A stretch of 64,000 nucleotides of DNA, taken from assembly GCA_019244185.1 (NCBI GenBank), contig JAFATB010000014.1:160001-224000 (forward strand), given 5' to 3'. Position numbers and translations under genes: made by a program. Source of the stretch: Acidobacteriota bacterium. Its GTDB lineage: Bacteria > Acidobacteriota > Thermoanaerobaculia > Gp7-AA8. Below, in pieces: positions 8,486 through 17,800 of this stretch (positions are counted from its first letter, which is position 1; the number at the start of each line of letters is the position of its first letter). Below the pieces are notes generated by a model. The model saw only the letters and a program-made list of their open reading frames with translations. It ran no database searches and was not told the origin of the DNA.

Positions 8486-10699
8486 CTAGTTGCGTCTCCA
8501 GAACACCACGTCTCCCTCCTCGAAGTCGGGATGGAAATGCGACTGGATGTACTGCCAGACGAGCGGCGCGCGTTCGGCGCTGGTGAGTCCGTCGACGGTG
8601 TGGCGTCCGACGACGTGTCCGGGCAGCAGCACGGCGCGCACACGCGGGTTCGTCTCGATGCAGCGGATGACTTCGCGTTGCCCGGCCTCGGTCTCGTAGA
8701 ACGCGACCTCGTATTCGCGGACCGGGCAGTCGCGGCGGAAGAGGTGATAGAGGAAGCCGCGGTTCGTGAAGTCGAAGAACGTCTCGTCCGGCGCGAGCGA
8801 GAGGCGGATGTACTTCGCCGTCGCTTCGACGACCTGCGCGTCGGAGAGATGCCACCACGCGCCGCGCGCTCGCGGCGGCTCGCGCAGCTCGATGAAGTTC
8901 GGCTCGACGGGACCGCGCGCGTGGCGCATCCAGCCGAGGACGCCGAGGTGCGTCGTGGGGCCGGCGAGCACGATCAGCGCCGCGATGGCGGGGAACGCGA
9001 GCGGATTGCGGCGCCGCAGGAGCCGCATCACGACGAAGACCGCGAAGAGCGACGCGATGAGGCTGAAGTAGAGATGATGCCGCTCGGCGTACGAGATCGC
9101 GACGAGCACGGTCCAGATCGAAATCACCAGCAGCGGCTCGTAGCGGCGCGACGGACGTCGCGCGAGCGCGACACCGACGAAGACGACGATGGCGCACCAG
9201 AAGAAGTAGTGAAACGACTCGCGGTCGAGCACGGCCGCGAGGACGTCGGGGAACGCGCGGTTCGCGGCCATGGCGGTTGGCGGAGTGAACAGCGTCAACG
9301 TGTAGGCGGAGCTGACGGCCGGGACTTCGACGAACGTCGCGCGGATGAAATCGCCGAGGATGCCGTACATCGCCAGACCGACGACGAGCGGCACGACGCC
9401 GATGGCGACGCCGATCGCGGCGTCACGCCACGCGCGGCGGTCGCGGAAGCGCAGCAGCGCGAACGCGAGCGTCACGAACGTGTAGAAGCCGAAGTCGATG
9501 CTCATCACGCCGCAGACGACCGTGCCGAGTCCCGCGGCGCGGAAGAGTCGCGGGCGACGGCGGCGCACGGCGGAGGCGAGCAGCACGAGCGTGATCAGCG
9601 GCGGCAGCAGCCGCACGTTCATCGTGTACGCGCCGGTCATGAAGCAGAGCATCACGCTGAGCAGCGCGCCTTCGGCGGAGCCGGTGATCGCGAGCGCGAG
9701 GAAGTAGAGCGCGACGCAGTTCAGATTGCCGAGGAAGAGGCGGATGCGGAGGCGCGTGCCGACGGTGGGATCGGCGGCCTTCATGATGAGGTAGTCGAGA
9801 CCGCCGTCCTGCAGCAGGCCGTGCGCGGGCAGGATGTCGCGGTACGGGCGCTCGCCGCGCGCGTACTCGGACGCGGGGAGCATCTCGTGCGAGTCCTCGA
9901 AGGAGTTGACACGCGACTTCCCTTCGGCGGTCGGCTGGCTCATCGCGTTCGCGTAGCAGTAGAGCGCGAGCGGATAGACGACGAGCACGATGGCGCGGCG
10001 CCACCAGCGCTTGTCTTTTTGGAGGACGCGCAGCACGAACGGCGTGACCGCGGCCAGCGCCAGCGCGTGCCAGCCGAAGTAGCGCTGGTCGCGCGCGAAG
10101 AAGCTCGTCTGCAGCAGAAGGCCGAGCGGCGCGAGCGCGAACGCGCAGGCGACCGGCAGCGGCGACGGCACGAGCGCGACGCCGACGCGCAGCGCGAAGA
10201 CGAGCAGCGCGGCGACGAGCACGGCGCGGTCGACGGAGAGATTCGGCGCGACGTCGATGATGCCGAGGAGCACGGGGAGGAAGACCGGCAGGAGGATGAA
10301 GTCCGTGCGCGTGAAGGCGAGCTCGCGGCGGCCGAGCGCGGCGCAAAGAGCGATCGCAATCGCGCAGGGGATCAGCGTCCACCAAATGCCCTGGCTGATC
10401 GTGGCGATCCAGAGCGTCACGAGCACCGACGCGGCGACGGCGTTCGTCGCCCATGCATGCGCGCGTACTAGCACGCGCGTCAGCGGACGCAGGAGCAGCG
10501 GCAAGAGCGCGGGCAGGAGCATGAGGCCGGCGACGAAGCGGAACGGTGCGTGCGCGTCGAAGCCGAGCTTCGTGGCCAGACCGGGGAGTTGTCCCGGCGG
10601 CGCGGGGCGCAGCCACACCGGCGCGAGCGCGATGGCGATGGCGAGGCCCCACAGCGCGAACGACGCGGAGACGATCCGCTCGCGCCGCGCCGCGCTCAC
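8486..10699 (-). CDS. Large polytopic membrane protein (possible GT-C glycosyltransferase)
   Basis: Many TM segments, GERPYRDILPAHGLL loop like GT-C enzymes, soluble C-terminal domain; GTG at 10699 overlaps the upstream TGA. Confidence 0.7.
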   Translation of the reverse strand: MSAARRERIVSASFALWGLAIAIALAPVWLRPAPPGQLPGLATKLGFDAHAPFRFVAGLMLLPALLPLLLRPLTRVLVRAHAWATNAVAASVLVTLWIATISQGIWWTLIPCAIAIALCAALGRRELAFTRTDFILLPVFLPVLLGIIDVAPNLSVDRAVLVAALLVFALRVGVALVPSPLPVACAFALAPLGLLLQTSFFARDQRYFGWHALALAAVTPFVLRVLQKDKRWWRRAIVLVVYPLALYCYANAMSQPTAEGKSRVNSFEDSHEMLPASEYARGERPYRDILPAHGLLQDGGLDYLIMKAADPTVGTRLRIRLFLGNLNCVALYFLALAITGSAEGALLSVMLCFMTGAYTMNVRLLPPLITLVLLASAVRRRRPRLFRAAGLGTVVCGVMSIDFGFYTFVTLAFALLRFRDRRAWRDAAIGVAIGVVPLVVGLAMYGILGDFIRATFVEVPAVSSAYTLTLFTPPTAMAANRAFPDVLAAVLDRESFHYFFWCAIVVFVGVALARRPSRRYEPLLVISIWTVLVAISYAERHHLYFSLIASLFAVFVVMRLLRRRNPLAFPAIAALIVLAGPTTHLGVLGWMRHARGPVEPNFIELREPPRARGAWWHLSDAQVVEATAKYIRLSLAPDETFFDFTNRGFLYHLFRRDCPVREYEVAFYETEAGQREVIRCIETNPRVRAVLLPGHVVGRHTVDGLTSAERAPLVWQYIQSHFHPDFEEGDVVFWRRN

Positions 10700-11685
10700 G
10701 CTGTCCGTTCGGTGATCCATCGCACGACCAACTCCTCCGCCCAATACTCGCACTTCCACGGCGCGCGTCCGCCGACGAATCCGACGTGGCCGCCGCACGG
10801 CGTGGTGCGGAAGTCGACGGCGGCCGACGCCGCGTGCCGCGCGCGCGGCAGGATCTCACGCGGCAGGAACGGATCGTCCTCCGCGTTCAGCGCGAGCACC
10901 GGCGTATCGATGCGATCGAGAAAATGAATCGAGCTCGAACGCGCGTAGTAGTCGTTCGCGTCGGCGAAGCCGTGCAGCGGCGCGGTGGCGATGTCGTCGA
11001 ATTCGACGAACGTCCGCGCGCGGCGCACCGCGTCGAGGTCGAGGAGCGGCATGATGTCGGCGCGCATCGCTTTCTTCCGCAGCGTCACGAGGAACTGCGC
11101 GAGATAGAGCCGGCCCGCGCGCGTTTTCTCCATGTGGCGCGCGCCCGCGCCGAGGTCGTAGGGCACGGAGAGCGTGGACGCGGCGGCGACGAGCAATTGG
11201 CCGGGATGTTCGCCGAGCCACTTGAGCACGACGTTGCCGCCGAGGGACGCGCCAAAGGCGGCGAAGCGCTGCGAGGGGTTGCGCGCGGCGAGCGTGCGCA
11301 GGACGAAATCGAAGTCGGCGGTGTCGCCGGAGTGGTAGTAGCGCGGGCGGCGATTGGGGATCGAGCGCGAGAGCTGCCGCGGATCGCGCGCGCACGAGCG
11401 GAAATTGATCGCGGTAGCGCGATGCCCGTGCCGCGCGATGACGGCGAGGATGCCCTGCATGTAGACGGAGTACGAGCTGCCCTCGAGACCGTGCATGAGG
11501 ATGAAGTGCAACGGATCCGGTGCAGTGACCGGCGCGTCGAGATGATCGACCAGCAGCTCGTCGCCGTCGGGCAGCGTGAGCGACTCGCGGCGAAAGCTCA
11601 CCAGCTTCCGCGGACGCGCGAGCCGGCCCCACACCGTTTGCAGGTGAGGGTGGGGGAGGAACCAGGCGGGAGAGAAATCGAACAT
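10696..11685 (-). CDS. YheT-family alpha/beta hydrolase
   Basis: HLQTVW, HGLEGSS, NFRSC, GASLGGN nucleophile elbow, AEDDPF, GGHVGF. Confidence 0.92.
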   Translation of the reverse strand: MFDFSPAWFLPHPHLQTVWGRLARPRKLVSFRRESLTLPDGDELLVDHLDAPVTAPDPLHFILMHGLEGSSYSVYMQGILAVIARHGHRATAINFRSCARDPRQLSRSIPNRRPRYYHSGDTADFDFVLRTLAARNPSQRFAAFGASLGGNVVLKWLGEHPGQLLVAAASTLSVPYDLGAGARHMEKTRAGRLYLAQFLVTLRKKAMRADIMPLLDLDAVRRARTFVEFDDIATAPLHGFADANDYYARSSSIHFLDRIDTPVLALNAEDDPFLPREILPRARHAASAAVDFRTTPCGGHVGFVGGRAPWKCEYWAEELVVRWITERTA

Positions 11686-11775
11686 GAATGAAGAATGCAG
11701 AACGCAGAATGAAGAACGTAGAAAGGAAGACTCCCTTTCTCAATTCTAAATTCTGCGTTCTGCGTTCTGCGTTCA
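11685..11775. repeat. Inverted array of degenerate heptamer repeats (6+6 units)
   Basis: Left TGAATGA AGAATGC AGAACGC AGAATGA AGAACGT AGAAAGG; loop AAGACTC; right CCTTTCT CAATTCT AAATTCT GCGTTCT GCGTTCT GCGTTCA. Confidence 0.85.
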
Positions 11776-11798
11776 GCTTTTGCAAGCAAAGATCGGCG

Positions 11799-13688
11799 AT
11801 GTCGCTTCTCGCCGCAGCGTTCGTTCTCGCGCAAGCGTCCGCTTCCGCTTCCGCCTCCATCACCGTCACCGCCACCCGCACGGAGACGCGAGTCGCGGAT
11901 ACGCCGGCGAGCGTGGTGGTGGTGTCGAAGGAGAATCTGGACGCGACGGCGGCGCCGACGCTCGACGACGCGCTGCGGCAGGTGGCGGGGTTCACGTTGT
12001 TTCGCCGAACGGGGAGTCGCGTTGCGAATCCGACGTCGCAGGGAGTGTCGCTGCGCGGGGTCGGCGCGAGCGGGGCGTCGCGGGCGCTCGTGCTCGATGA
12101 CGGCGTGCCGCTCAACGATCCGTTCGGTGGGTGGGTGTATTGGGGACGCGTGCCGCGCGCGGCGGTCGAGCGCGCGGAAGTGCTGCGCGGCGGCGCGTCG
12201 GACCTGTACGGCAGCAGCGCGATGGGGGGCGTCGTGCAGTTCATCCGCCGCGCGTCGCCGGCGCTCGCGATCGACGCATCCGCGGGCTCCGAGCGCACCG
12301 CGACGACCTCGCTCTTCGCGGCGCGGCAGGCCGGGGCGTGGCTCGCCAGTCTCGATGCGGACCTGCTCACGACCGCGGGCTACGTGCTCGTGCCGGCGGA
12401 GCAGCGCGGCGCGGTCGACGTCGACGCCGGCGCGCGGCATACGAGTCTCGACGGCGCGCTGCGGCGCGACGGCCTTTTCGCGCGCGCGTCGTACTACCGC
12501 GAGTCGCGCAACAACGGGACGCCGCGGCAGACGAACGACACGACCATTCGCCAGCTCGCGGGCGGCGACGATTTCGCGGCATTCGGCGGCACCCTCGCGC
12601 TGCGCGCGTACGGCTCGGACCAGGATTACTTTCAGACCTTCTCGGCGATCGCGAACGACCGCAACTCCGAGCGGCTGACGATCGACCAGAGCGTTCCCTC
12701 GCGTGGCGCGGGCGCGACCGCGCAGTGGACGCGCGGCTTCGCGAACCGCCACGTCGTGGTCGCCGGCACGGAAGTTCGGTATGCCGAGGGGACGAGCGAC
12801 GAGCTGCGCTTCGCCGCGAACGGCACGACCACGCGCGTGGCCGCGGGCGGCACGCAGCGCATCGCCGCCGCGTACCTCGAGGACGTCTTCGCGCTCTCGC
12901 CGGCGCTCACGCTGACGGCCGGCGCGCGCACCGACTGGTGGCGCAACGAAGGCACGGGCGGGCGTCTCACGGAAGGGCAGTTCAATCCGCGCGCGACGTT
13001 GCTGTGGCGCGCGAACGACGCACTCGCGCTCTCCGCATCGGCATACACGGCGTTTCGCGCGCCGACGCTCAACGAGCTCTATCGCGGCTTCCGCGTCGGC
13101 AACGTCGTCACGCTGCCGAATGCGTCGCTGCAATCCGAAGACGTCACCGGCTTCGAGCTCGGCGCGCGCGCGCGCAACCTCCGCCTCACGATTTTCTCGA
13201 TGACGGTCAGCCACGCGATCGCAAACGTCACGCTCTCCGAGGCCGCCGGGACGATCACGCGGCAGCGCCAGAACCTCGGCACCACGCGCTCGAACGGCGC
13301 GGAGCTCGACGGCGACTGGCGCTTCGGCGACAACTGGCGCGCGTCGCTCGGCTATCTCTTCGTCGACGCGTCCGTGCGCGACGGCGCGCTGCGCGGCAAC
13401 CGCGTGCCGCAGGTCGCGCGCAATCAGGCCACCGCGCAGCTCGGATGGCGGCATCTCGCGCTGCAGGCGCGCTGGTCGGGCGCGCAGTTCGACGACGATT
13501 TCAACGTGCTGCCGCTCGATTCGTACCTCGTCGCCGATCTGCTCGCGTCGCATCCGCTCGCGCGCGGCGTGGAGCTCGCGTTCGCGATCGAGAACGTGAC
13601 GAACGCGCGCGTCGAGGCGAGCGCCACGCCGGTCGTCACCCTCGGGCAGCCGCGCGCGTGGCGAATCGGCATACGCTACGGCTCGTAA
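11799..13688 (+). CDS. TonB-dependent receptor
   Basis: ITVTATR TonB-box-like, plug domain (LVLDDGVPLND, ERAEVLRGGASDLYGSSAMGGVV), FRAPTLNELY, C-terminal GQPRAWRIGIRY. Confidence 0.92.
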   Translation: MSLLAAAFVLAQASASASASITVTATRTETRVADTPASVVVVSKENLDATAAPTLDDALRQVAGFTLFRRTGSRVANPTSQGVSLRGVGASGASRALVLDDGVPLNDPFGGWVYWGRVPRAAVERAEVLRGGASDLYGSSAMGGVVQFIRRASPALAIDASAGSERTATTSLFAARQAGAWLASLDADLLTTAGYVLVPAEQRGAVDVDAGARHTSLDGALRRDGLFARASYYRESRNNGTPRQTNDTTIRQLAGGDDFAAFGGTLALRAYGSDQDYFQTFSAIANDRNSERLTIDQSVPSRGAGATAQWTRGFANRHVVVAGTEVRYAEGTSDELRFAANGTTTRVAAGGTQRIAAAYLEDVFALSPALTLTAGARTDWWRNEGTGGRLTEGQFNPRATLLWRANDALALSASAYTAFRAPTLNELYRGFRVGNVVTLPNASLQSEDVTGFELGARARNLRLTIFSMTVSHAIANVTLSEAAGTITRQRQNLGTTRSNGAELDGDWRFGDNWRASLGYLFVDASVRDGALRGNRVPQVARNQATAQLGWRHLALQARWSGAQFDDDFNVLPLDSYLVADLLASHPLARGVELAFAIENVTNARVEASATPVVTLGQPRAWRIGIRYGS

Positions 13689-13705
13689 AGCAATTCGTAA
13701 CCGCA

Positions 13706-13984
13706 ATGGCGTGGCGCATCGAACAGCAGGCCGACGGGCACTTCGCGATCTACTCGACGCGGCTGCAGGACTACATCGTCATCGACGCCGACGCGGCGGA
13801 GATCGAGCGGGTCTACGCGGAGAAGGGCGTGACGGTGTATCTCGCCAGCGCGAGGGCGCAGATGGCGAAGCAGATCGCCGTGCCGGCGGAGAACGAGGCG
13901 CTGATCGACGCCAGCCGGCGGCGCGGCGCGACGCCGAAAGAACCAGCGGAAGCGATCGGCGCGACGGGGTTCGTTCGTGAATGA
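13706..13984 (+). CDS. Hypothetical protein (92 aa)
   Basis: MAWRIEQQADGHFAIYSTRLQDYIVIDAD...; fills the gap between receptor and NAT, overlaps NAT start. Confidence 0.7.
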   Translation: MAWRIEQQADGHFAIYSTRLQDYIVIDADAAEIERVYAEKGVTVYLASARAQMAKQIAVPAENEALIDASRRRGATPKEPAEAIGATGFVRE

Positions 13985-14768
13985 GGAGATGATCGAGGAG
14001 TACCTGCGGCGCATCGGGTACGACGGCGCGCGGAAGCCCACGGTCGACGTGCTGCGCGCGCTGCACGAGCGGCATCTGTGCAGCGTGCCGTTCGAGAACC
14101 TCGACATTCACTGGAAACGCACGATCGTGCCCGACCTCGAGCGCATCCTCGCGAAGATCGTTCACGAACGGCGCGGCGGTTTCTGCTACGAGCTCAATGG
14201 CGCGTTCGGCGCGCTGCTGCGCGCGCTCGGCTTCGACGTGGCGATGCTGTCGGGGCGCGTGGTGACGCCGGAAGGCGGCTTCGGTCCGCCGTTCGATCAC
14301 ATGGCGCTGATGGTGCGCGCGGGCGACGGCACGCGCTGGCTCGCGGACGTCGGCTTCGGCGACTCGTTTCTGCTGCCGCTCGCGCTCGACGAACGCGGGC
14401 CGCAGCGCGATCCGGCGGGTGTGTTCCGGATCGAAGGCGGCGGCGAAAGCCGCATCGAGAACGACGCTGAGTGGCAGATGCTCGTGCAGCGCGGGGACGC
14501 GTGGTTCCCCGAGTACCGCTTCACGCTCGAGCCGCAGCCGCTCGAGGCCTTCGCCGAGATGTGCGCGTGGCAGCAGACGTCGCCGCAGTCGTCGTTCACG
14601 AAGCGGCGCATCTGCACGCTGCCGACCGAATGGGGACGCCTCACGATCACCGACGGCCGCGTGATTACGACGCGCGGCGGCGTGCGCGAAGAGCGCGCGG
14701 TCGCGGACGACGAATGGGAGCGCGAACTGGCCGCGCTCTTCGGCATCCGGCGCGAATCCGCGGTTTAG
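13977..14768 (+). CDS. Arylamine N-acetyltransferase
   Basis: YLRRIG, VPFENLD, RRGGFCYELN (catalytic Cys), DHMAL, LADVGFG. Confidence 0.95.
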   Translation: MNEEMIEEYLRRIGYDGARKPTVDVLRALHERHLCSVPFENLDIHWKRTIVPDLERILAKIVHERRGGFCYELNGAFGALLRALGFDVAMLSGRVVTPEGGFGPPFDHMALMVRAGDGTRWLADVGFGDSFLLPLALDERGPQRDPAGVFRIEGGGESRIENDAEWQMLVQRGDAWFPEYRFTLEPQPLEAFAEMCAWQQTSPQSSFTKRRICTLPTEWGRLTITDGRVITTRGGVREERAVADDEWERELAALFGIRRESAV

Positions 14769-14877
14769 TCCAGAAATAACTGGACGACTCGCGGCGAGAC
14801 GACTACGCTGCCGTCTTCCAATCGTCCAGCTTCGTCCAGCACCACGTCCCGGTTCCCTGTTCGTCTAGGAGGTCTGC

Positions 14878-17800
14878 GTGAATCGCTTTACTCGCGCCAT
14901 GTGGCGCACCTTGCCCGTGCTGTTTTGTTTTTCGGCTTTGTCCGTCTTCGCGCAGGTCGCTCCCGAGCCACCGGTGAAGGGCACGAATCCCATCAAGACG
15001 CTGCGCATGCTCGACGCGCGCGTCAACTACCCGCAGGGCGCGGAGACGGCGCTCAACGCGCGGCTCGAAGCGGCGCGCACGGGTCTCACGCAGGCGCGTA
15101 CGTTCGCGGGGCAGATCAACACCGCGGCGCAGGCGTTGCGCACGACCGGCATCCCGGGCCTCGCGGTCCGCGTCTCGCCGTACACGGCGGGCATCGAGAT
15201 GATCCGCAACGAGCGCGGCTCGCTGACGCCGGCCTCCGGCGGCACCAGCACGGCCATCGTGCGGAACTTCCTCACGCAGCACGGCGACGTCTTCGGCCTC
15301 GCCAAGTCGGACGTCGATGACCTCGTCGTCCTCGGCGACAGCGCCGGCGGCTACAGCGGCCTGCGCATGCTGCGCATGGAACAGCAGATCAACGGGCGTC
15401 CGATCTTCCAGAGCGAGACGCGCTTCATCCTCACGTCGAACGGGCGCCTGATGCAGGGCGCGGGTCGCCTCGTGCCGCACGCGCGCAGCTTCGCGGGCGG
15501 AATCTCCGGCGCGAACTACATGCCTCCCGGCGACGCGTTCCGCGCGCTGATGAGCATCGAGGGGAAGACGATCGCCCCGGCGAAGATCACCCTCGGCGCC
15601 GTCGATGCGACGCACGCGGAGCTGACCGTCGACGACGACTACATCGCCGGCACGGTCGGCGCGCGTCAGGTGCTCTTCCCGCTCGCGCCGGGCCTCGTCG
15701 TGCCGGCGTGGTCGCTGTACGTCACGACCACCGGCGAGGCCGCGTGGTACGCGGTCGTCGACGCCGAAACGGGCGCGGTGCTGTGGCGCAAGAACGTGCG
15801 CGCGTACGCCTCGCTCCACGACGCGCGCTTCCGCGTGTACGTGCAGGCGGACGGCGTGACGCCGGCGGACAGCCCGGCACCCGCGTCGCCGAACGCGTTC
15901 GCCGTCGGCAGCGGCACGCAGGCCGCCGCGATCCCGCCGACGATCGTCAGCATGCACACCGCGATGGACGCGACCGCCAGCCCGAACGGCTGGATCGACG
16001 ACTGCCCGGGCGGCGTCTGCACGGCGAACGAATCGCAGACGCTCGGCAACAATACGCTCACCTGCCTCGACCGCGTCACGCCCGCCGATGTCTGCGACAC
16101 CGTCGCGAGCAGCGTGCTCGACGGCAACGGACGTCCCACCGGCAACCCCGATGCGAACGCGCGCAACCGTGACTTCCTCGGCACCGCGCCGCGTGACTTC
16201 CAGACGAACTTCCTGCCGCCGCCTCAGGGTGGAAATCCGGAAGCGGGCCAGACCGCGACCGGTAACGGCAGCAGCGGCACGGCCGCGGTCGACCAGTTCC
16301 GCCGCGGCGCCGTCACGCACCTCTTCTATCTGACGAACTGGTATCACGACAAACTCTATCGCCTCGGCTTCGACGAAGCGGCCGGCAATTTCCAGCAGAC
16401 CAACTTCAGCGGCCAGGGCGCCGGCGGCGACCGCGTGCTCGGCGACGCGCAGGACGCGAGCGGCACGAACAACGCGAACTTCTCCACCTTCCCCGACGGC
16501 ACCTCGGGCCGCATGCAGATGTACCGCTTCACCGGACCGACCATCGACCGCGACGGCGCCCTCGACGCCGACGTCGTGCTGCACGAGCTCACGCACGGCA
16601 CCAGCAACCGTCTCGTCGGCGACGCCGCGGGCCTCAACTGGGATCCGGCCGCGGGCATGGGCGAGGGCTGGAGCGACTTCTTCGCTCTCTCCCTGCTCAA
16701 CAACACCAACGCCGACGATCCGAACGGACGCTACGCCGCCGGTGCGTACGCGACCTACAAGTTCATCAGCACCGCGTATCTCGACAACTACGTCTACGGC
16801 ATCCGCCGCTTCGGCTACTCGACGGCCAACAACGTCGATCCGCTGACGTGGGCCGACGTCGACGACGTCACCAACGACATGAGCGGCGGCATCCCGGTGT
16901 CGCCCGTGAGCCCGAACTCGGCCGGCGGCATGGAAGTGCACAACATCGGCGAGGTCTGGGCGCTCACGCTGTGGGAGATGCGCAGCCGCATCATCGCCGA
17001 CCCCGCGGGCGCGAACGGCGACGTGCCGACCGGCAACCAGACGTCGCTGCAGCTCGTCACCGACGCGCTGAAGATGACGCCGGTCGATCCGAAGTTCACC
17101 GACGCGCGCGACGCGATCCTCGACGCCGACTGCGCGACCAACGCCTGCGCGAACGAAGACTCGATCTGGGGCGCGTTCGCGGACCGCGAGCTCGGCTACG
17201 GCGCGTACACGCCGTTCTTCCTCTCGTGGTCGTTCTTCTCCAGCCACATGGCCGTGCACACGTCGACGTCGCTGCCGTACCTCGACGTCGTCGACAAGTC
17301 CACCGACGTCACCATCGACGACAGCGCCGACAACAACAACGGCGCGATCGATCCGGGTGAAGCGATCAAGATGACGGTGAAGCTGACCAACCCGTGGCGC
17401 CGCGCCACGAAGGCGGTCACCAGCGCCACCGCGACGCTGACCTCGTCGACGCCCGGCGTCACGATCTACGACAACACCTCGACCTACGGCGCCATCGCGC
17501 CGCTCGGCTCGGCCACCGGCGACACGTTCACGTTCACCGTCGCGCCGTCCGTCACCGCGGGCTCGACGCTCGCCTTCGATCTCTCGGTCACGTCCAACCT
17601 CGGCACGACCGTCACGAGCTTCACGGTCCGCGTCGGTACGCGCAACGGCACGGATGCGCCGGTCACGTACAGCACCACGCCGAACGTGGCCATTCCGGAC
17701 GGCAACCAGCTCGGCGCGAAGAGCCCGATGACGATCACCGACGACTACGAGATCGCCGATGTCGACTTCCGCGTCGACAGCCTCACGCATACCTACGACG

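Noticed and set aside
11688-11798. Extended N-terminus of the TonB receptor (MKNAERRMKNVERK...)
   Set aside because: Translation of the heptamer repeat element; real start more likely at 11799.
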